From: Lama glama
Taxonomy: Eukaryota
NCBI GenBank assembly: GCA_028534125.1
Contig: CM052816.1
Coordinates: 19,284,001-19,344,000, forward strand
Length of the DNA stretch: 60,000 bases
Direction: 5' to 3'
Of this stretch, positions 51,852 through 60,000 are shown in pieces. Made by a program: the position numbers and the translations under genes. The notes below the pieces were generated by a model. The model searched no databases. It saw nothing but the letters and a program-made list of their open reading frames with translations, and was not told the DNA's origin. Within the stretch, counting starts at the first letter, position 1. The number at the start of each line of letters is the position of its first letter.

Positions 51852-54214
51852 GGAAAAGGCTTGTCTGCTGGACGGAATTCTGGGGTCAGTGGTGACACAG
51901 GCCTGTGATCTGTAAGAACATCATCACTGATGGACAGGTGGTGATGTCTCTCATGAAAGCAGAGACTCCTTTTGGCGATGGCACTGGACGTGGGTCCTAC
52001 AGCAGGCATCTCTTATCTCAGTGCCCTGCAGTGAGGCCCTCCTCTGCCCAGGTCTCTCACTGGGTGCACACCCAGTCACACGCATCCCACCTCCACGGCC
52101 CTGCCCAGGTGAGACTTGCGTCCTCCTGCCCCTCCTCCTCGCCCAGATCAGCCTCCAAACGCATCATGTAAATCCCTTCATAAGGCAGAAAGTGGTCTGA
52201 AGCAGCAGCCTGGGATTAGAAACATGCCTTATTCCTCCCATTCCTCCTCAGACTCCGGCTCTGCTCCCTCCACTCTTCTCTCCCTCTGCCTGGGCCACCG
52301 AGGAGGCCCTCCAACTCTGATGCAACCATGGTTCCTCTGGGTGAGGCCAAAACACTCCCCAAACCATAAAGATGTCCAAACATTGGCCCAGCTTCCTCCA
52401 AACAGACATAAACCGCCCCGCTCACATCCGGGCCCACCACGCCCCTCCTCCGGGCCTCAGGCCCCGTCTGGCACCTCCACCCCCAGGCAGCCCACAGCGC
52501 CATGCTGGTGGAAGTGGGGACGGGAGAGGGGCTCGGCCACACCCAACCCCGACTCCTCGGTGGCTCTAGGGGGCCGGGGGGCCTTTGATGGTGCCTGCCT
52601 CGACCCCTCGGCGGGGCAGTGACAGCCTGCAGTCTAGACTAGGTGCCAAGCGGCCCCAAACCCAGTTATTTTTAGCCTGTCTGTTCATCCCACGTCACGC
52701 TAACTCCGTGTCACCGCTTGCTATCATAACAGAGAGCACCTGGACGTGTCTTGGAAAAGCAACAAATGCGCCAAATGCGCTCTGCGAGTGCCGGGGATTG
52801 CCAGGAACACCAACTGTGTTTCTAGCCGATGCCCCAGTTGCGACAAAGCAGATTCCTTTCTTCCCTTCACATGAAAAGCCTAATCCAGACAAGCCAGCCA
52901 ACAATGGCTGTCTGGCCTCCCAAGACCTGCCTTCCCCCTCATCCCTCCCGTGCCTGGTGATGGATGCACGCTGGGTGACATCAGCCTGGCGCAGGGCTGA
53001 GTACAGGTCCTGGCCCAACACCAGGTCCAGAGACTGTCAGTGACTCCCTCCCTCCACATGTCAGCCTTGGGCCAACCTGCCCACCAACAGCCAGAGTAGT
53101 GTGGGACCAGGACAGTCTCGAGGGCAGGACCAGGTGGTCATCTATTTGGACAGACTAGGAGGGCCTAAGAGTCATCATCCTCACCATGTCCTGCTGACTC
53201 TGGCCCCCAAGAGGCCACAGGCGATGGCAGCAGGGCCAGCCTTCTGCTACCACAGCGAGGTGTTGCAGGTCACACAGCAGTCCCCAGGGGGGGCTGGTCC
53301 CACGTGTCACCCCCACTTCGTCCCGACTCCTGAGGGGTTCCACAACACGAGCTCGCTCTCAGCAACTACTGCGCACAGACCCTGCACTAGGCTCTTTACA
53401 GATAGTGCCTGAAGTGATGCTCTCGGTGACCCTCCTCATCATCACATCAGACCAGCAAAACAACTTGCCTTGGTCACCATCTGAGAAGAAGAAGCTAAAG
53501 CCATTGTCCATGTCTTGCTCTGCCTGGCCCTCATCTCTCATTGTAAAGAGGGGTGGCTAGACAGCCCATTGAGAATATCTTCCCACCCAGATTTTACCAG
53601 GAATCAAGGGTCCAGATCCAACCTCAGCCAGCACCTCTCCACTGGGCTCCTGCTGTGTGCCGGTCACATGCCAGATGCCGTGCAGGAGACGTGTGAGAAG
53701 GAAGCAGCCACCCCTGCTCTCCACAGGGCCCAGCCTGGTGAGCAGACCTGTGCCCGGCTCACGGAGAGAGCACCAGAAGGCCTCCGACAGAGTGGGCCCC
53801 TCCTCTCCACCCTGCTGCACATCCTGACCCAGGCCGTCATCCCTAACAGCCTCTGGAATCGTCTCCCCTGTCCAGTCCACTGACATGTGACCAGGCGGCT
53901 ATGACTGTGTCACTCTCCTGCTCAGAATCTTCCACGGTTCTCATCCCCTCACTTACGAGTGACCAGCCCGCACCACATGCTGGGCAGGGTGCCAGAAGCC
54001 AGCGGCAGACAAGACCAGCCTCATGCCCCCATTGAGGAGGCAGCTGTCATGCTCCAGGGCCAGGCTACTCCTCCAGCAACTGTGGGCAACAGCTCTGTGG
54101 TCAGATCCACGATGGCAAGTCTCACATCAGCCGCTCACGGCGCGAGTGGGCTGTGACTATTACCACAACTACCATGGCCACTCTAGTCCCTGGGACCCTA
54201 GAGACTGAGCCCAA

Positions 54215-54700
54215 AGTGAGAGAGAGCAGGTCAGTGCAGGCAGAGAATGATTCCTGGGCAACACTCTTGACCTTAATTTTAAGGGATGTGAGTGTGGAAT
54301 AAAGAAAGAGGAAGATCCCAGGCCAGGGGAGAGGATAGCACAGAAGCCAAAAGGCGCAGCATGTGTCTGGTAGGGCGGTTGGCAGGTCTGGATGTAGATG
54401 AAGTTTGCAGAGGAGAGGTGGAGGCAGGGGCCCATCGGAGGGGGGCTTTGTTTATCCATGGAGGCGTCCAGGCGGGAAGTACCACACTCAGAACTGCCAG
54501 GAAGGGGAAGGAATTGGCTAAGGAGCCGCAGGGGTCAAGATGGAGAGCAAGGGTGAGACGGGAGTCAGGGAGGTCGAGGAGGATCCAGGGGAGAAGGGCT
54601 GAGGGGCTGCCCTTGCGTTGGGGTGGGAGGCACGGAGGGAAGGCAGGCAGAGCATGGAGGACAGGCCTTAACGACCAAGAGCTCACGGGCAGGGGGCAGG
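54215..54700 (-). mobile_element. L2 fragment
   Basis: Purine-rich tract with ttgaccttaattttaagggatg and gaggatagcacagaagccaaaggc; degenerate. Confidence 0.5.
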
Positions 54701-54903
54701 AGTAGGTCCATGCATCAGATGGACATGTGCGGGGCCCACCCACCACACAGGCCGTGCAACACAGAAAGCTCCAGGCAGTGAGGATGCCCTGGCTTGGAGC
54801 ATGAGCCCAGCGAGGAGCAGGGTATCCCACAGCAGCTGCCCTGGCTCCAAGCCTCACGGGTGGGGGGTCTAGAGACAACAGGGCGTCTACCTTCCTGTCT
54901 CCT

Positions 54904-54928
54904 GTGCTCGCTTCGGCAGCACATACAC
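54904..54928 (+). pseudogene. 3'-truncated (tailless) U6 snRNA retrocopy, U6 nt 1-25
   Basis: GTGCTCGCTTCGGCAGCACATAcAC is 24/25 identical to the U6 5' end GTGCTCGCTTCGGCAGCACATATAC; flanked by direct repeats accttcctgtctcc (54889-54902) / accttcctgcctcc (54927-54940). Confidence 0.9.
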
Positions 54929-55299
54929 CTTCCTGCCTCCAGGTGGGACTGCCCACCAGGCCAGGCAGGGAGGTGGCTGCCCCCGACTCCTCCCTTGGTC
55001 TAAAGAGTCCAAGTTCTCTTCTCTATCACCAGAGAGAAATAAAATCAATACCATGTCCCCCCAGCCCTCCAGACAGGCAGCCCCCTCCTCACCTGACTCT
55101 TGGCAGAGTAGCCCTGACAACCCCATCCCAAGTCTCCTTTGCCCCTTCCCAACCAGCTTGTGTCATTGAGTGAGCACTGGCTAGTGGGCTCTGGGGAGAG
55201 CTGACCTGTCAGTGAAGGGACAGCCATGCCCACTCACGTGGGCCTCTGCTTAAACCTGCCCAGGGGCTACCTGCGGCTTCTAACGTATGCTGAACAGCT

Positions 55300-56480
55300 C
55301 AGCCACCCACAACTGTATCAATGAAGATCAAAACTGCAGTGAGATACCAGTCTTCATCAATGATATTGGCCAAGATCAGCATGTTTGATACTGCTTTGTG
55401 TAGGCAGAGATTCAGGGAAGCGAGCCACTCACACCTTGTTGGCAAGAGAGGAAAGTGGAACAACCTCCTCTCAGTGCAATAGGGCAGAATCAAGCAAACC
55501 TAAAAATGCCCATCTGCTTCAATCAGCACGTTCACTGTACTGATTTCTCCTGCAGCTGTGTATCCTCACTAAGATGTTCACTGCAGCAGCATCACTTACT
55601 ACAGCAAAGACAGAAAGCAACTGCGAAGCCCATCCATGGGGCACTGATCCAGAAGTGTATGGCTTGGCTATATAATGGAATTATACGCAGGCAGTAAAAA
55701 GAATGAGGCAGCTCTGTGTGAGCTAATAGGGAATGAGTGTCAAGATACGCCACGTACTAAAATAATGCCATTTGCAGCGACATGGATGGACCTAGAGATC
55801 ACCATACAAAGTAAAGCAAGCCAGAAAGAGAAAGAAAAATATCATATAATATCACTTATATGTGGATTTAAAAAAAAAAAAAGGACACAAAGGAACTTAT
55901 TTACAAAATAGAGACAGATTCACAGACATAAACTTATGGTTACCAAGGGGAAAGGGGATGGGGAGCAATAAATTGAGAATTTGAGATTTGCAGATACTAA
56001 CCACTACAAATAAAATAGATAACCAACAAAGTCCTACTGTATAGTACAGAGAACTATATTCAATATGTTGTAATAGCCTATAATGAAAAAGAGTATGAAT
56101 GGAAATATATATGAATAAATGAATCATTATGCTATATACCAGAAACTAACATCTTGTAAATAGACAATACTTCAATTAAAAAAAAAAGATATGCCAATAC
56201 TAAAAGAAAGAAAGCAATGAGCAGCTTGGTGTGTAGGGTACACTGCTATTCACATAAAAGAAAAAGTTCAGAGGAATCAGGTGTATGCACAAGCACTAAC
56301 CCCTGTATGTTTGACAGAGCACCCCTCTGGGAGGGTGCAAAGGATGCCCTGGAAACCATAGTTGCCTCTGGGGAGAGGAACTGATGGCTAGAAACAGGCA
56401 GGGGGATACAGTTGTCACTGTTCATGCTTTTGTACCATATACCCTACACAGAGTCACTGTGTGTCCTTATTACCTTAAGG
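55300..56480 (+). mobile_element. Ancient L1ME-like 3' fragment split by a younger L1 insertion
   Basis: atcaaaactgcagtgagatacca, aagatgttcactgcagca, gcagtaaaaagaatgaggcagctctg, atagttgcctctggggagaggaactg. Confidence 0.7.
55759..56185 (+). mobile_element. Younger 5'-truncated L1 3' end (artiodactyl-type)
   Basis: aataatgccatttgcagcgacatggatggacctagagat ... cctactgtatagtacagagaactatattcaatat ... tacttcaattaaaaaaaa; TSD aagatacgcca (55742-55752) / aagatatgcca (56186-56196). Confidence 0.9.
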
Positions 56481-57404
56481 AAATCAACAAGGAACCCTCT
56501 TACGGGACAGTGGTTCTCATGCCTGCACCCAGGTATGTTAAATGCTTCCCCCAGGAGGTCTCAGACAATGGATTCATGTGCTATTTTTCCTGAATCCTCA
56601 GTGCTCAACACTGCACCCAGCATATGAGGTGCTCCATGAGGAGCTGGGTGGGGAGGTGCTGGCACCTCCAGTTCCAGGTTCTCTGCCTCCTCCTGCAAGC
56701 CAGCAGAGGCCAGACCTCACTCTGCCCTGCAGGAGGATGGGAGAAGGCTGTTGGGCAGTGGGTTTGGCCACCGGCCTCTAACTGTACTGCTCTGCAGTGA
56801 GCGGCCCCACATTCCCAAAAGCACTCCTGTGAAGCCAGCACTGTGTCCTGGAAAGCCCCCCGGGCAGGCACGGCTCCTGCACAGTGCCTGCAGCAAACTG
56901 CCTGTGGTCCTGGGAATGGCCTCTGTTGACTAATTTCTGTACATAATTCCACCCAGGATGAGTCAACAGCAGGGCAGACAGGAGTCCCTATGGGCTTGCC
57001 TCAAAGCTGTCGAGGTGAGAAGGCAGAGTATGTGGAGCCTGGCCACTGAGAGAGGCCCCCCCCCAAGACCAGGATCTGCAGGAGCTTCTGTGTGGGTCCC
57101 CCAGGCCCTGCCACAGAGTGAACCACCCACGATGGGGAAGGGGGCCCTGCCCCTCAGCACCACTCAGGTGGGCCCCTCACAGTCGTGGGCCTCTGTTCCG
57201 TCAGGGCTGGGCTGCGCCAGCCCACTCCACCAGATTCCACCTAACCATTCTGCAGAAGCAGCAACTGATTACGAAACGCCACCATTTATCAAGTCCACGT
57301 CGCACAGCAAGTCACCATGACCTGGCGGTGGGCCCAGGGTCTGACCCTTCGCATCCCCACTGGGTACCCGCCTGAACATGCAGGCTTTTCCAGATGCCCA
57401 GATC

Positions 57405-57545
57405 CTACCCACCACCTACTGCCTGGGTCACCTGGGTCAGCCCTTTCATTCTGGTGTCTTGCCTGTAAAATGGGCAAGGTTGTTGGGAGGACTGAATGGG
57501 CTCACAAGCCCAGTGCACTTGGCACGTCGTAGGTTCTCAGTAACT
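57405..57545 (+). mobile_element. MIR fragment
   Basis: cctgtaaaatggg ... gttgttgggaggactgaatg ... gcacttggcacgtcgtaggttctcagtaa. Confidence 0.65.
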
Positions 57546-59569
57546 GGCCGCTGCCATCAGATTTCCCAGGAAAAACATCTTATTCTACCTCTCAAGGCCT
57601 TCCCTGAAGCATGCAGGCCTGGGCAGGGAGGGGTGAGAGGAGGGCCAAGAAGGACCACTCCCGCCTGGCCTTTGTGCTTTACAAAGACCAGTAGCAGAAC
57701 CTCCATCCACACCTTTGTTTCTCTCAAGTCTCGGCTCCCCTGTGCTGGCCTTCCCATTCCCAGCTCCTGCTCCCGGAGCAGCAACAAATCCTTGTCAGCA
57801 AACAGCATGTTAATTGCTTCTTGGCTGGATTTCAAATGATATCACAGGACCAGGCTGCTCAATTTAAGCGAATGCAAAGGAGGAAGGAGGAGCACCCAGC
57901 AACTCACGCAAGAGCCCGGGATGATGGGTAGCTCCAATTACTAATTAATTGACTGCTCAGATGGAACAAATCTGAAACCCCAACAGGTTGGGTGAGCAAG
58001 CCCTGGGCTCCCCGCCAGCCCCTTTCATCAAAAGGGAGCAGAGCTCTGGTCCTGACCACCTTCGGGAGGGGGAGCCCTGGATTCTTGCCACCCACCGTCC
58101 AGAGGAGCCAGAGCCAGCAACCCTGTCCTGGCCAGGTGGCCTCCTTGACCACTCATGCAATCACATGTCCAGCCAGCAGGTGTTCAGTCCCTAGTCTTTT
58201 CCACTAGACAGTAAGCTCTGGGGTGGGGGGGGAACTCCCCTGCTGTGCTCAAGGCTGCACCCCAATCCTAGCACAGTGCCTGGCATAAAACAAGAATGAA
58301 ACAAAATACTGAAGACTAAGTATAGGGCTAGGTTCTGAGGATACAGTATTAAGCAAACTCAGGTCCTGGCCTCAGGCACTTTCATTTTGATGCCAGAATT
58401 GCTGGCAAATAACCAAATAACCAGGGTATTAGAAACAATACTATAACCACAGCAAGCACCAAAAATAGCCCCAGAGAGGCAAGGGGAAGAAAATAGTGGA
58501 AAATGTCCCCAGCTGGGAGGCCAGGGACCCGGATGCTTGAGTGAGGAGAGGTCCGGGGTGACTTCTCCCAACCCCACCCTCACTGGACTTCCCCAACATG
58601 GGTACAGGCACCACCCTTCCACCACAGAAGACCACCTACTCAGTGGTCTCACCAGCCGCTAGGTGGGGCAGGGAGTTTCCTGGAGAAACCATGGCTCCAG
58701 GGCACTGCCCTGCTGCAGAGGGAACACCAGGCACGAAGGGATCCCCAGGGCCTTAAGATGCAGTACTCTCCTTCAGAGCCAAGTCCTGGTGACATTCACA
58801 GAAGACCCAGACCACCATTCTCTGAGCCTGAATGTCAAGATGTGGCAACCCTCCCTATTTACCGTGTGCTCCCAGAAAATGAGAAGGGCATGTTTCTGGG
58901 AAAGGTGGGGCACAGGCCTGGGTTTGAGTCTCATCTCTGCTCCTCCTGTCTGTGAGATCTACGGTAAATGGCTGAGTTACCTTTTTTGTAAGATGGAGTC
59001 AAACTCTCAGCCAAGGACCAGATGCCACATCACTTCGACAAAACGACAGACACACAGATCCCTAAGGCTGACCAGTGATGGCATCCACTCCCCTGCCTTC
59101 CTTTTCTAATCCTCATCGGGGTGGGGTATGGGAGAAGATCCCAGGCCCCAATTTCTGCTTCTCTCTACCACTCTTTCCACCTGTCCCACCTTTTACCACC
59201 CCAGGTGTGTGTGTCACCAGCTCCTTCCCACCTGCCTCCTCTTTCTGCCAGGAATCATGCACCCTGGCTCCAGGGTCCTTTCCCACCCAGGACTGTCTAA
59301 TATTTGGAAAATGGCAAATCATTTTTTTTCCAACAAAAGGTACAAATTATTTTTAAATATTACCTACAGAACTATTAGTCAGTGATGGCTCCAAAATTTC
59401 TACAATACAGGAACTTAAAGGTGGTCATCTGCTTGGGGAGGGTGGTGGCTAGGAACTTGTCTAGAAACAGTTTTTGCCTGGATTTTGTGTTTATTTGGGG
59501 TATGTTTAGGAGGTATTAATGGACACTGGGGGAGGGCACCCTTGGACCACCACTGTTATCAAGAGCAAA

Positions 59570-59775
59570 ATCCACCTCTGTTGATTGTACCAAGCACTGA
59601 GCCAAGAGCTTTATGTACATCTTCTCGTTTACTTCTCTTAATATCCCAGTATCTCCATTTTACAGATAAGTAAACCGAGGTTTAGAGAGGCTACATAACT
59701 TGCCTGAGTTCTTGCAGCTGGCTTGGGACAAGAGGCAAGACTTGAACCCAAGTCTGCCAGACAGCAAATACACCA
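59570..59775 (-). mobile_element. MIR SINE
   Basis: ctccattttacagataagtaaaccgaggtttagagaggctacataacttgcctgag ... gacttgaacccaagtctg. Confidence 0.85.
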
Positions 59776-60000
59776 ATGCTATTAAAGGCAACTGCTGCCC
59801 TCCAGGCCCTGCTCCCCAGCTGCCCATGCTTCCCTCTCCTCCCACTCGAGGACACCGTCCCACCCACTCGACCACCCAGGCCGCGAGGCTGCAGCTGGAG
59901 GGCTTCAAACTTCAAACTTCCCGCAAACGCATTTCTGAGCAGGACCTTTTTTTTTCCCCCTGGCGGGAGGCTGAAAAAACTGTTCCTCTTGGTTACTGCT

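Noticed and set aside
54904..54928. Functional U6 snRNA gene
   Set aside because: Only nt 1-25 are present; no ACAGAGA box, U-tail or upstream PSE/TATA promoter
55675..55911. ORF with MPFAATWMDLEITI
   Set aside because: Typical translation of the L1 ORF2 C-terminus/3' region
1..60000. CRISPR arrays, operons or other prokaryotic systems
   Set aside because: Sequence is mammalian; no regularly spaced repeats or dense coding regions

Overview
Mammalian non-coding genomic DNA, most likely a camelid (camel/alpaca/llama), judged from two copies of a camelid-type tRNA-derived SINE with target-site duplications (TSDs). I can support no protein-coding exon: the ORF track is chance ORFs and transposon remnants. 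Layout: a CpG-rich segment (about 230-860), then an AT-rich block with no recognisable repeats (about 860-5400), then about 54 kb of moderately GC-rich DNA with ancient repeats (MIR, L2, L1M/HAL1, MLT1, MER82, Charlie, MER5A, MER45). Short motif-dense unique islands between the repeats look like developmental enhancers. Repeat orientation weakly suggests a large intron or upstream region of a minus-strand transcript, but I cannot name the gene. The most distinctive observations are a 25-nt tailless U6 snRNA retrocopy flanked by a 14-bp TSD (54904-54928), a roughly 69-bp direct repeat about 1.08 kb apart (43370/44451), and two multi-layer nested transposon stacks. I found no convincing new biological system. 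Repeat subfamily names come from remembered consensus sequences, not a database search, and repeat boundaries are approximate unless a TSD is given.
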